From contig JAKLDR010000001.1 of NCBI GenBank assembly GCA_022703445.1, positions 107,846 to 171,845 on the forward strand: a stretch of DNA of 64,000 nt, in the 5' to 3' direction. A program made the position numbers and the translations under genes. Source of the DNA: Planctomycetota bacterium (GTDB lineage: Bacteria > Planctomycetota > SZUA-567 > JAKLDR01). Below the pieces are notes generated by a model. It ran no database searches. It was not told the DNA's origin and worked only from the letters and a program-made list of their open reading frames with translations. Shown here one piece after another: positions 54,743-63,985 of this stretch (positions are counted from its first letter, which is position 1; each line of letters starts with the position of its first letter).

Positions 54743-57577
54743 TCACTTGCCGCCGGCCACCCGCAGGCGCGCCGCGGCCCTGCGGCCGGTGACCGCGTCG
54801 CGGAGCTCCAGGCGCCAGGCGCCCGGGCGGTCGCTCTCGGCGAAGGGGATCTCCAGTTCGCCGCGGCCGCCTGCGGTGACCACGTTCTTCGAGTAGTGGC
54901 CGCACCACCGCCCCCGCGGGTCGTAGACGTCGACCCGCACCACGTGCCGGCCGGCGGCCGCGGCCGGGGCGGAGCCGAGCAGCACCTCCACCCGGGCGGT
55001 CGAGCGCGTCCGGGCCGGGCCCAGCGGCCGGGCGGTCAGCGCCGTCACCCGGTAGGGCAGCAGCGCCCAGAGGTTGGCGTCGTTCGGGTCGAAGCGCCCG
55101 GGGAAGGTGCGGACCAGCCCGTGGTAGCGGCCGGTCCGGGACTCGTAGACGTGCGCCGGAGCGGACAGCTCCACGGTCAGGGCCGACGGGCGGTTCATGG
55201 TGCGCAGGCCGATGGCCATCTCCTCGCCCACCCCGGTGGTCCGGCGCATGAAGTTGGCCACCGCCCCGACCAGCTGGACCGGGCCGGAGCCGAAGCGCAC
55301 CACCTCGGCGCCGGGCACCTGGCGGCGTCCGGTGCCGGAGCGGCCGTCGGCGGTCCAGAGGCTGACCCGGCGGCTGACCCCGCCCAGGGCGAGCGCGGCG
55401 GCGGCCAGCGTACGGGGGTGGTCGCCCCGGGGGGTGCCCGGGAAGCAGCGGCCCTGGAAGTAGTCGCGGAGCTCGGCGTTGAGGTAGACGGCCATGCCCC
55501 GCCCCACCAGCCGGACGACCAGCGCGGCGGCCTTTCCGGCCCGGCCGCAGGCGATGGCGTCCCCGGTCGCCCGCAGGGTCGGCTCGCAGCAGCGGACCGC
55601 CAGCCGGCCCTTGGGCAGACCCAGCGGGCCGCCGTCGCCGGGCACGTCGATGGCCGCCCCGGAGACGCGGTAGTCGAAGCGCTTCCGGCTGACTCCGAAG
55701 AAGTCGTCGAGCTGTCCCTCGGGCAGCATCCGGCAGTGCTCGTCCATCACCGCCGGGAGGGCGTCGGCGATGACCGTGCCGCCGGCCTCGGCGAAGGCGC
55801 GGACCGCGGCGCACTCCGCGGGGCTCATGGCCAGGGCGTGCGGCAGGACCAGGACCTTGAAGCCGTCCTTCTGCAGGGCGCCGGCGGCCAGCGCGTCGTA
55901 GGCCAGGAAGCGATACTGCAGCCCGAGGTCCTCGATCAGCTTGACGGTCGAGTCGCGCAGGTGGAAGAGGATGTCGTTCTCCTCGTTCTCGGTGTTGCCC
56001 GAGCTGCGGTCCACCCACTTCTCGCCCTCGGCCAGCGCCCCCATGAACCAGTGGGCCCGGACCGAGGCCTGGGAGTGGAGCACGGCGATCTCTCCGTCGA
56101 GCGCCTCCATGCCCAGGATCTGCTTGCCGATCCCGCCGGTGAGCTCGCGGAGCACCTTCCCGACCAGCCGCCCGGGGGCGGTGGGCCGCCCGCCCTTGCC
56201 GACGTAGGCCAGGTCCGGGTCCCAGTGGATCTGGCCGCAGTCGCCGTGGAAGAGTTGCTGCCACATCCGGGGGATGAGCACCTCGCGCATGGTCCGGACG
56301 TCGGCGCCGCCGAAGTACGGGGCCATCTTGAGGACCCGCGGCCGGAAGGAGCGGAGCATCTCGTCGTTCTGGTAGATGTTGTAGGGCACGTGCAGGTCGA
56401 CGGACCTGGCGATCTTGGCGAAGTCGAAGCCGCCGTGGGCCAGCGGGCCCTGGCCGCCGGTGGTGGCGTAGAGCGCGTTGGGGTCGGCGGCCCGGCCGAA
56501 CTCGCGCATCAGTGCGTACGTGCCGGTGACCACGTCGTCCATGAACTCGCGGTGATCGGCCCAGCTGGAGAGGTTGAAGTCCTTCTCGTGGGCCTGGCGG
56601 CGCAGGGTGTCGTCGGTGGTCCGGGGCACGACCTCGTGCCAGTGGCGGAACGCGGTGGCCCACTGGCGGTTCAGGGCAGCGAGCGTCCCGTAGCGCCTCT
56701 CCAGCCAGACCCGGAAGCGCTCCAGGCAGTGCTTGCAGTAGCAGAAGTCGAAGGGCGCGCCCTGGTCGCCGGTGCCGGCCTCGTCGGCCAGGTTGTAGAA
56801 GGCCGGGCGCACCGCCTTGTGCTGGAGCACGGTGTTGAGGATGCGCTCGCGCATCTTCTCCTGCACGCCGCGGTCCGAGGGGCAGCTGGCCCGCCAGAGG
56901 GTCTTGATGGCCTCGGCGTCGGAGGTCACCGACGCCCCGCCCAGGCGCTCGCGGGCGCGCTTGTAGCGCTGGCGGACCATGTCCCAGCAGAGCTGGAACC
57001 ATTTCTGGTTGGGGTTCTTGCTCGTCAGCTTCTCCGGCTTCTCCCAGTAGATCCAGTAGGGCCGGTGGTAGAGCGAGATCTCGTCGGGCGAGACCTGGTC
57101 GACGTAGCACTCGAAGTCGTTCTCGAGGACGTGGTCGAAGGGCTGGCGCTTGTAGACCATCATCCCGCCGATGCCCAGTTCGCGCAGCGTCCCGTAGCTG
57201 CCGTAGGGGTAGCGCGCCCAGGGGAAGACCAGGAACTCGTCCCAGGGCCCGACCGGCCGGGCCACCACGAAGCGCTCGCGGCAGGAGCGCTCCCCGGCGA
57301 GGTCGACCTCCAGCCAGTTGGCCATGGCCACCTGGCCTTCCGGCGCGAACTCGAACTCGAGCCAGCCCTTCTCGGCGCTCCAGCGGCCGGCGGTCGTGCG
57401 CACCGTGCGCCCGTAGCTGTCGGTCCAGACCACCCGGGCCGCGGCCGGCGGGCGGACGCCCGGCGGGTCGAACTCCACGTGGCCGGAGACGGTCTCGCCG
57501 CGGCGGAGGAAATCGCGATCCTGCTCCCAGCGGTAGAACCTGGGCTGCGTGTCGATGACCAGTTTCAGGGCCTTCAT
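54743..57577 (-). CDS. Glycoside hydrolase family 42-like beta-galactosidase, large multi-domain.
   Basis: Start MKALKLVIDTQ at 57577 with GGGAGA upstream. TIM-barrel and trimerisation-like regions (...GFKVLVLPHALAMSPAECAAVRAFAEAGGTVIAD...). The competing ORF 54453..57110 in another frame is R/G/P-rich. Confidence 0.75.
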   Translation of the reverse strand: MKALKLVIDTQPRFYRWEQDRDFLRRGETVSGHVEFDPPGVRPPAAARVVWTDSYGRTVRTTAGRWSAEKGWLEFEFAPEGQVAMANWLEVDLAGERSCRERFVVARPVGPWDEFLVFPWARYPYGSYGTLRELGIGGMMVYKRQPFDHVLENDFECYVDQVSPDEISLYHRPYWIYWEKPEKLTSKNPNQKWFQLCWDMVRQRYKRARERLGGASVTSDAEAIKTLWRASCPSDRGVQEKMRERILNTVLQHKAVRPAFYNLADEAGTGDQGAPFDFCYCKHCLERFRVWLERRYGTLAALNRQWATAFRHWHEVVPRTTDDTLRRQAHEKDFNLSSWADHREFMDDVVTGTYALMREFGRAADPNALYATTGGQGPLAHGGFDFAKIARSVDLHVPYNIYQNDEMLRSFRPRVLKMAPYFGGADVRTMREVLIPRMWQQLFHGDCGQIHWDPDLAYVGKGGRPTAPGRLVGKVLRELTGGIGKQILGMEALDGEIAVLHSQASVRAHWFMGALAEGEKWVDRSSGNTENEENDILFHLRDSTVKLIEDLGLQYRFLAYDALAAGALQKDGFKVLVLPHALAMSPAECAAVRAFAEAGGTVIADALPAVMDEHCRMLPEGQLDDFFGVSRKRFDYRVSGAAIDVPGDGGPLGLPKGRLAVRCCEPTLRATGDAIACGRAGKAAALVVRLVGRGMAVYLNAELRDYFQGRCFPGTPRGDHPRTLAAAALALGGVSRRVSLWTADGRSGTGRRQVPGAEVVRFGSGPVQLVGAVANFMRRTTGVGEEMAIGLRTMNRPSALTVELSAPAHVYESRTGRYHGLVRTFPGRFDPNDANLWALLPYRVTALTARPLGPARTRSTARVEVLLGSAPAAAAGRHVVRVDVYDPRGRWCGHYSKNVVTAGGRGELEIPFAESDRPGAWRLELRDAVTGRRAAARLRVAGGK

Positions 57578-57593
57578 CGGGTCTCCCTTCACG

Positions 57594-57725
57594 GGCTCAA
57601 CGCAGAGGACGCGGAGGCGCGCAGAGTGCGCAGAGGGCGACAACCGCAGGGGATCTTCCATGACAACAGGAAGAACGCCGTTTCCCCGCGGCCTCTGCGG
57701 ACCTCCGCGTCCTCTGCGTTGAGCC
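57594..57725. repeat. Palindromic element with 24-bp perfect terminal inverted repeats (ggctcaacgcagaggacgcggagg / cctccgcgtcctctgcgttgagcc) flanking an 84-nt partly self-complementary core. MITE-like or large RNA hairpin.
   Basis: Arms at 57594-57617 and 57702-57725. It fills the intergenic gap between the GH42 start (57577) and the nnr stop (57734). Shares a tcaacgcagag motif with the repeats at 58751-58795. Confidence 0.7.
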
Positions 57726-57733
57726 GTTCCTGA

Positions 57734-58684
57734 TCATTCGGGTTTTCGGTTCGCCGGACGCCGGGCTGGCAGCACCGACGTCGTGCGGTAGTTCTCGAAG
57801 GCCGCCGGGAGGCTCTCCACCAGGTCCCCGGCGATCATCGAGATCTGCCCGAACCTGCGGGCCGCCAGGTCGCCGGCCAGCCCATGGATGTGCGCGCCGA
57901 GCGCCCCGGCCTCGAAGTGGTCCAGGCGCTGGCCGACCAGGGCGGCCGAGACCCCGGTGAGCACGTCGCCGGAGCCGCCGGTGGCCATGCCCGGGTTGCC
58001 GGTGGCGTTGACGAACAGGCGGTCCTTCTCGGCCACCAGCGTGCCGGCGCCCTTCAGGAGCACCGCGAAGGCCTCGAAGCGCGCGGCGAACTCGGCCGCG
58101 ACGCCCTCGCGGTTCATCTGGACCTCGGCGGCGGTCTTGCCGACGAGCCGGCCCATCTCGCCGGGGTGCGGGGTGATCAGGGTCGGCCCCTTGCGCCCGG
58201 CGAAGTCCTTGGCCCGCCCGGAGAAGGCGTTCAGGCCGTCGGCGTCGACGATCAGCACGTGGTCGACCCGCTCGGCCAGCCCCCGGACGAAGGCGGCGGT
58301 CTCCTCGCCCTGGCCCAGGCCCGGCCCGACGGCCACCACGGTGCATTTCTCGGCGAACTTGAGGGCCGGCTCCAGGGCGCGCTCGGCCAGCGCCCCCCCG
58401 GAGGTCTCCGGAAGCGGCAGGGTCATGGCCTCGGTGAGCTTGCCGGCCATGATGGGGTAGAGGCTCTCCGGACAGCCGACGGTGACCAGCCCCGCTCCGG
58501 AGCGCAGCGCGCCCATGGCTGCCAGGCACCCGGCCCCGGCCATCCCGCGCGAGCCGGCGATGATGAAGACGTGCCCGAAGTCGCCCTTGTGGGCGTCCGG
58601 GCGGCGCTTGGGGAGCCGGGGCAGGTCGCGGACTTCCAGGCGGTTCACCCCGGCGATTGTATGAGGGGCCGGCGCGGGGCGCAA
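57734..58684 (-). CDS. nnr: ADP-dependent NAD(P)H-hydrate dehydratase (YjeF C-terminal / Nnr2 domain).
   Basis: GPGLGQG, TPHPGE and GSGDVLTG signature blocks. 316 aa. Confidence 0.8.
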   Translation of the reverse strand: MRPAPAPHTIAGVNRLEVRDLPRLPKRRPDAHKGDFGHVFIIAGSRGMAGAGCLAAMGALRSGAGLVTVGCPESLYPIMAGKLTEAMTLPLPETSGGALAERALEPALKFAEKCTVVAVGPGLGQGEETAAFVRGLAERVDHVLIVDADGLNAFSGRAKDFAGRKGPTLITPHPGEMGRLVGKTAAEVQMNREGVAAEFAARFEAFAVLLKGAGTLVAEKDRLFVNATGNPGMATGGSGDVLTGVSAALVGQRLDHFEAGALGAHIHGLAGDLAARRFGQISMIAGDLVESLPAAFENYRTTSVLPARRPANRKPE

Positions 58685-58750
58685 GTAAGGCGGGCGGAGG
58701 GCACGGCCATTGCAGGAATCGTCACGTGCTCCGTCTGCGGGTGCGCACTT

Positions 58751-58795
58751 TCAACGCAGAGACGCAGAGAGCGCAGAGAAGACGCAGAGAACAAC
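58751..58795. repeat. Tandem array of about four 'cgcagaga' octamers (tcaacgcagagacgcagagagcgcagagaagacgcagagaac) in an intergenic region.
   Basis: Direct repeats with a period of 8-9 nt. The leading tcaacgcagag is identical to the arm of the 57594 element. Confidence 0.6.
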
Positions 58796-58856
58796 GGCCC
58801 CGATCACCCATGGCCGCTTCGCACGCGGAGCGGACGGGTGTCCGGAAATGACCGCG

Positions 58857-58880
58857 GGCGGAGGGGTCGCCTCCGCCCGC
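58857..58880 (-). terminator. Hairpin gggcggagg-ggtcg-cctccgccc downstream of the CE7 esterase gene.
   Basis: 9-bp perfect stem about 25 nt after the minus-strand stop at 58901. No U-tract. Confidence 0.35.
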
Positions 58881-58900
58881 GATGACGCCGGGATGGGCTG

Positions 58901-59869
58901 CTAGCGCGTCAGCTCGCTCATGAACTCGAAGACCCGGTCGGACTGCCCGGGCAGGCCCTCGTGGCCGTAGTCCGGGTAGATGACCATCTCCTTCTTCGAG
59001 GCGATCTTGTTGTAGGCCGCGAACTGGGTGGACGGCGGGCAGATCGCGTCCATCAGCCCGGTGTGCATCTGGATGCGGGCCTGGATCCGCGGGGCCAGGT
59101 GCTGGCAGTCGATGTAGCCCAGGCGCGTGAAGATCTCGTCCTCGCGCTCGTGGAGCGGGTCGAACAGCCGGAAGAAGGCCCGCAGCTCCTCGTAGGCGTC
59201 CTTGGCCAGGTCCATCTCCCAGACCCGGCGGTAGTCGCACAGGAACGGGAAGACCGGCGCGGCGAGCTTCACCCGCGGCTCGAGCGCGGCGCAGGCCAGG
59301 GTCAGGCCCCCGCCCTGCGAACCGCCGGTGGCGCCCAGCCGCTGCGGGTCGACCTCGGGCATCTTCAGGACGATGTCGGCCAGCTCCGCGGTGTCCAGGT
59401 AGATCTGCCGGAAGAGCAGCTTCTCGGGCGAGTCGGCCAGCCCGCGGACGATGTGCCCGCGCAGGGTGTTGCCGACCACTCCGCCGACGTCCTCGCTCTT
59501 GCCGCCCTGTCCGCGGCAGTCCAGCGCCGCGACGGCGAAGCCCTGGGCCACCCAGCCGAGCTTGCTGCTCCACTCGCCGGCGTTCCCGGAGTAGCCGTGG
59601 AACATGAGCAGCGCCGGGCAGGAGCGCTTCTTCGCGCCCTTCGGCCGCATGAACTGGGCGTGCACCCGGGCCCCGCCCACGCCGGTGAAGTAGAGGTTGA
59701 AGCACTCGGCGAAGCCGGTCGGCAGCTTGTGGGGCACCAACTCCACCTGGGGGTCGACCGCGCGCATCTCGGCCAGCGAGTTGTCCCAGAAGGCGTCGAA
59801 GTCCTTGGGGCGGGGGTTCGTGCCCTTGTATTCCTTGAGCTTGGCCAGGGGCATGTCCAGGACGGGCAT
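58901..59869 (-). CDS. Acetyl xylan esterase / cephalosporin-C deacetylase (CE7 family).
   Basis: Catalytic GGSQGGGL (GxSxG) and a C-terminal ...YPDYGHEG His. N-terminus MPVLDMPLAKLKEYKGTNPRPKDFDAFW is typical of CE7. Confidence 0.85.
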   Translation of the reverse strand: MPVLDMPLAKLKEYKGTNPRPKDFDAFWDNSLAEMRAVDPQVELVPHKLPTGFAECFNLYFTGVGGARVHAQFMRPKGAKKRSCPALLMFHGYSGNAGEWSSKLGWVAQGFAVAALDCRGQGGKSEDVGGVVGNTLRGHIVRGLADSPEKLLFRQIYLDTAELADIVLKMPEVDPQRLGATGGSQGGGLTLACAALEPRVKLAAPVFPFLCDYRRVWEMDLAKDAYEELRAFFRLFDPLHEREDEIFTRLGYIDCQHLAPRIQARIQMHTGLMDAICPPSTQFAAYNKIASKKEMVIYPDYGHEGLPGQSDRVFEFMSELTR

Positions 59870-59957
59870 CGGCGTTCTCCCGTGAGGTGCTCCGCAGACT
59901 GTGCGGATGCGATGGGCGTCATTCTACGACGCGGGCGAAACCTTGCCAGGAAGAACG

Positions 59958-60030
59958 GGTGGGAGGTTGGAGGTTGGGGGTTGGGGGTGGAGGGGCGAGG
60001 GGGTGGGTTCGTCGGGGTTCCTGGGGGCTC
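59958..60030 (+). repeat. G-tract-rich segment (gggaggttggaggttgggggttgggggtggaggggcgagggggtgggttcgtcgggg) with G-quadruplex potential.
   Basis: More than eight runs of G3-5 on the plus strand, about 90-160 bp upstream of the minus-strand CE7 start. Confidence 0.55.
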
Positions 60031-60037
60031 CAGCCTC

Positions 60038-60098
60038 CGGCCTGCAGCCTACAGCCTACAGCCTACAGCCTGCAGTCTCCCGCCTACAGCCTGCCGTC
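60038..60098. repeat. Tandem heptanucleotide repeat (cagccta/cagcctg, about 6 units) in the CE7 esterase upstream region.
   Basis: cctgcagcctacagcctacagcctacagcctgcagtctcccgcctacagcctgcc. Confidence 0.65.
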
Positions 60099-60154
60099 CC
60101 CGGAAGAACCCTGCGCGGATTCTGATGGTCCCTGCATTCGGCGCAACAGCTTGG

Positions 60155-61798
60155 TCAGAACGCCTCTCCGCGTGACGGGTTCGGTTGGGGGCTACGCTTG
60201 GGCGGCGCTGGTGCCACTTTCTTCAGCGCGTCCAGGACCAGAGGATCCTTGGGATAGTGAGCGCGCAATTCGTCGGTTACCGTCTTAAGTACGGACTTGT
60301 CATCCTCGACCGAGAGGCGCGCCAACAGCAGGTCCCGGGCCTTCTCGCCGCCGAAATCGCCCAGCGCACGCGATGCCCGGTTACGCACCTCCTTGTCGAC
60401 GTCGGCGGCGCACTTTCCCAACAACGTCAGCGCCTTCTCTTGGCGGATAGAGCCCAAGGAACTGGCTACGCTCTGCCGCACTCCGGCGTCCCCGTCGCCG
60501 ACCAAGGTTTCCAAGTGGGCCAGGCATCTGTCCGCCAAGGGTTTCTCGGCCCCTAAGACCGCCAGCGCGGAGACGGCGCTGCTGCGCACCATGGGGCTGG
60601 GGTCGGCCACGTGCTTCGCCACCAGCTCCAAGGCCTTCTCCCCGCCGACGGTGCGTACGGCATGGACTGCGCCGCGGCGGGCCTTGGGGTCCGGATCTTC
60701 GGCTAGCTGCGCCACCAGCGCCAGGGCCCGCTCGCTGCGGTCCAGGCATAGCGCATAGGCAGCGTCGTTGCGAACCTTGGCGTCTTTTTCCTTGGCCAGC
60801 TTCTCCAGCAGCGCGAAGGACTTATCGGTCCTCAAGTAACCGAGGGAGATGATGACGTCGGCTTCGTTGCGCTTATCGACACCGGCCAGCAACTTCTCCA
60901 GTAGGGGCAGGACCTTGTCGCTCAACTCCCCACCTTCTCCTCCGATGCGGCCTAACGCCCTGGCCAGGGCGCCATCGAGGAATCTCCTGTTGTACGGGCC
61001 TGTCTGAACCTTTGTCAGGATATCCAGGCATCTCTGTGCGTACGCCTTTTCCTTACCCAGACGGCCCAAGGACTTGACGGCTGCCTCTACTACCGTATCC
61101 TCCTTGTCGGCTGCAGCCTTCTCCAGCAACGCCAACGATCTGTCGTCATTCACGTCGCCCAAAGCTGTGGCAATATGCCTGCGATATCCGATGCCCACTT
61201 TCCTTTGGTACTCGCGTTCCGCCAGCGTCCACGCCTCCGGGGCTATGATCAGCACCGCTGCCCAATTGAGCACAGACAGCTCTTCCACGGCGGCAAGCTC
61301 GACCTTGAGGTCCTTGGTGCCAGAGGCCATCGCCACCACTGGCGGGATCACCCTGGTGTCTGATAAGAGGTGGGCTGTGTTCACGTCGTCGATGCCCAAT
61401 CCCGCTTTGAACTTGGCAACTTCCTCGTTCTTCGCCCCCCTCTGGAATATGGCGTAGTGGTCACCCTCGGCCCAGACCACTTTGAGGCCAACGGTCGCGG
61501 CCGATGCCTCGACCAACTGCCGCGCATCCACGGGCCGGAACCGCATGTCCTCCGGGATGCGCGGGCTCGACGAGCCCCACTCCCCCCAGTCCCCCAACAT
61601 GAGCACACGGATTCCTATCCTGGGAAGCAGGTCGGAGAAGACGTCCGGGGCATACTCCGTGCGCACCGTAACTGTGCCCTTCGGGTCGGCCTTCGGCTGG
61701 GCCTCAGCCGGCCGCGCCAATTTGGGCACCGCGGCCAGGAGCAGTCCAACGATTCCGGCAGACATCAACATCGAGGCTCTCTTCCCAACCATGTCCAC
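60155..61798 (-). CDS. Secreted HEAT-repeat (PBS-lyase-like) protein of moderately lower GC (~58-60%).
   Basis: Signal MLMSAGIVGLLLAAVPKLARPAEA. Repeats DKEVRNRASRALGDFG, DAGVRQSVASSLGSI, SPMVRSSAVSALAVLG, DPKARRGAVHAVRTVG, DAKVRNDAAYAL. Confidence 0.7.
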   Translation of the reverse strand: MDMVGKRASMLMSAGIVGLLLAAVPKLARPAEAQPKADPKGTVTVRTEYAPDVFSDLLPRIGIRVLMLGDWGEWGSSSPRIPEDMRFRPVDARQLVEASAATVGLKVVWAEGDHYAIFQRGAKNEEVAKFKAGLGIDDVNTAHLLSDTRVIPPVVAMASGTKDLKVELAAVEELSVLNWAAVLIIAPEAWTLAEREYQRKVGIGYRRHIATALGDVNDDRSLALLEKAAADKEDTVVEAAVKSLGRLGKEKAYAQRCLDILTKVQTGPYNRRFLDGALARALGRIGGEGGELSDKVLPLLEKLLAGVDKRNEADVIISLGYLRTDKSFALLEKLAKEKDAKVRNDAAYALCLDRSERALALVAQLAEDPDPKARRGAVHAVRTVGGEKALELVAKHVADPSPMVRSSAVSALAVLGAEKPLADRCLAHLETLVGDGDAGVRQSVASSLGSIRQEKALTLLGKCAADVDKEVRNRASRALGDFGGEKARDLLLARLSVEDDKSVLKTVTDELRAHYPKDPLVLDALKKVAPAPPKRSPQPNPSRGEAF

Positions 61799-61846
61799 CG
61801 CCTCCTTCGTGAGATCTCCGGCGCGCGTCTGCCGGTCGACCGCCGA

Positions 61847-63985
61847 CTACTTGCCTTTGAACTCGGCCCGGATTACCTCCACGGGGATGGCGAAACTGAC
61901 GTTCTCCAGCCTGGCCTTGAGCGTGACCAACCCCACCACGTGGCCCTTGTCGTTGAGCAGCGGGCCGCCGGAGTTGCCGGGGTTGACGGCCGCGGTGTGC
62001 TGCAGGTAGGTCTGCTCATCGAGCTTCCGGGCCGGCGCACTAACTATTCCTTCGGAGATGCTCTGCTCCAGGATCTTGTCGCCCAGGCCAGGGCTGCCGA
62101 TGGCGAAGACCTTGGTGCCCGCCGCCGGGGTCTCGCTGGCGACCGGCAGGGGATCGAGGGGATCCGAGCCGGCGGCCAGCCGGAGGACGGCGAGGTCCGC
62201 GTCGCGGGACTTGAACAGCACCTTGGCGCGCATCTCCGGCAGCTTCACCGGTCGCCCCTTGCGGACCACGAACGGGACCACCGTGACTTCCTCACTGTTC
62301 CCGACCACGTGAGCATTGGTCAGGATGTGCTGGCCCGAGCCCACGCAGAAGCCCGAGCCGTTGCCCTGGGCGGTGGTGATCAGCACCACCGATTCGGCCG
62401 CCTGGCCGTACAAGTCGGCGGCGGCCAGCGCCTTGGCGTTGGGGTCGGCCTTGGGCAGCTCCGGCAGCCCGGAGGCAGTTGCCGGCGTCCCGGTGCCTGG
62501 TCCGCTGCCCGCCGTGGCCAGCGCCCGGAGGGCTTTGGCCTCCTCGGCCAGGGCCGGGCTCTTCTCGAGCAGGGGCATGACCTCCTCCCGGGCTGCCGGA
62601 TCGGCCACGTCGGCCTGCAGCGAGAGAGCCAGGCAGTACAGCGCGGCGCCGGCATCGTTTTTCTTCTTGTAGAGCTGGGCGAGGCTGCCCAGGGCCAGCG
62701 GAGTCAGGTCAGAGCGGCCGGCATCGGCGCGGACCACCTGGACCAGGACCGGCTCGGCCTCCTCGCCCTGGCCGCTCCGGCTCAGTCCCTCGGCCAGGTA
62801 GAAGTTCAGCGGCGGGCTGGCCTTGTCCTTCTCCAGCGCCTTGCGGAGCTTGTAGATGGCCAGCCCGGCGCCGTCCGGCTCGGTGAAGTCCTTGCGGACC
62901 GCCGCGACCACGCTGTTCACCTCGGGGTCCTTCACGTAGGGAGCGTAGCCGGTCCAGTGGGCCGGCTTGGCGGTGCGGACGGCGCGCAGCGCGGCGGCCA
63001 GCGCGGCGCGCACCGCCGCGTCGGTGCGCTGGACCTGGAACTCGGCGAAGCCGGGCAACGTTTCGAACTTCGCCAATGTCGGGCCGCTGCGGGCGACGAA
63101 GACCGGCCGCGACAACGACTTCACCCAGTTCCCGGCCGCGGCCTGCTCCTCGGCAGTCAGTGGGTTGCGGTAGGCCGTGACCCCGGCGCCGACTCGGGCA
63201 AGGAAGAGCCACGCCCCATCACCACTCCAGGCCGCCGGGCCCAGGAATTGGCCCTTGAGCTTCACCGACGACTTGGGGTCGGTGATGTGGAAGACGTAGG
63301 CGTCGTTCTCGGTGAAGGCCACCAGCTGACCAGTGACCGGGTTGAAGCTGACTCCACGAGGATACGCCCCCGTGTGGTAGTAGCCAATCTGCTTCTCGAA
63401 GTCTCCTCCGGCGAACACGGCCACTCCGTAGCCGCCGCCGCCGGCGCCGCCCGGTGGTCGCCAGCCGCCGCCGCCGGCCGCGGACACCCAGCGCCCGTCG
63501 GGACTCACCCCCAGTTGGAGGCCGTTGGTGGCGGCGTTGCCGCGCAGGTCGGAGATCACCAGCTTGTCGCCAACCACCACCGCGCGCCAGAGCAGCGTCT
63601 GGTTCCAGAGGAATATCGGTTCGCCGTCGCCCCCCAGGGTCCACCTGCTTTCTCTGTTACGGTCTTCTTTGTAGTAACCGTACAGGAAGCTGCCGCCGGT
63701 GTCTGCCGCCACCGCCCAAGCGGCCAGGTCGGTGTCGAAGGACTTGCCGCTGGACAGGTTCAAACCCCGGACGCGCTTCTCGGCGACGCAGAAGGCCACG
63801 CCCAGGCGAGGGAAGACGGCCAGCGAAGTCGGAGTGCCCTGGAGCGGCCAGCGCTGATGGACCTTACCGGTGGTCGGCTCGGTCCGGCAGAGCTCCGGCG
63901 GGGCCCCACAGGCCAGGAACAAGCTGCCCTCGGCCAAAGCGGCGGCATGGATCGCTCCGGGGGCTTCCCGTGCCGTGACCGGCAA
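61847..63985 (-). CDS. Trypsin-like serine protease (S1C/DegP-like catalytic domain at the C-terminus) fused to a large N-terminal beta-propeller/TPR-like region. The N-terminus may continue beyond the window.
   Basis: Catalytic triad context ILTNAHVV (His), DLAVLRL (Asp), GNSGGPLLN (Ser). Upstream repeats GVSPDGRWVSAAGGGGW and a TPR-like helical segment. Confidence 0.75.
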   Translation of the reverse strand: MPVTAREAPGAIHAAALAEGSLFLACGAPPELCRTEPTTGKVHQRWPLQGTPTSLAVFPRLGVAFCVAEKRVRGLNLSSGKSFDTDLAAWAVAADTGGSFLYGYYKEDRNRESRWTLGGDGEPIFLWNQTLLWRAVVVGDKLVISDLRGNAATNGLQLGVSPDGRWVSAAGGGGWRPPGGAGGGGYGVAVFAGGDFEKQIGYYHTGAYPRGVSFNPVTGQLVAFTENDAYVFHITDPKSSVKLKGQFLGPAAWSGDGAWLFLARVGAGVTAYRNPLTAEEQAAAGNWVKSLSRPVFVARSGPTLAKFETLPGFAEFQVQRTDAAVRAALAAALRAVRTAKPAHWTGYAPYVKDPEVNSVVAAVRKDFTEPDGAGLAIYKLRKALEKDKASPPLNFYLAEGLSRSGQGEEAEPVLVQVVRADAGRSDLTPLALGSLAQLYKKKNDAGAALYCLALSLQADVADPAAREEVMPLLEKSPALAEEAKALRALATAGSGPGTGTPATASGLPELPKADPNAKALAAADLYGQAAESVVLITTAQGNGSGFCVGSGQHILTNAHVVGNSEEVTVVPFVVRKGRPVKLPEMRAKVLFKSRDADLAVLRLAAGSDPLDPLPVASETPAAGTKVFAIGSPGLGDKILEQSISEGIVSAPARKLDEQTYLQHTAAVNPGNSGGPLLNDKGHVVGLVTLKARLENVSFAIPVEVIRAEFKGK

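Noticed and set aside
54453-57110. 885-aa minus-strand ORF competing with the GH42 gene in another frame
   Set aside because: It is R/G/P-rich and low-complexity. The 54743..57577 frame has normal composition and glycosidase-like content.
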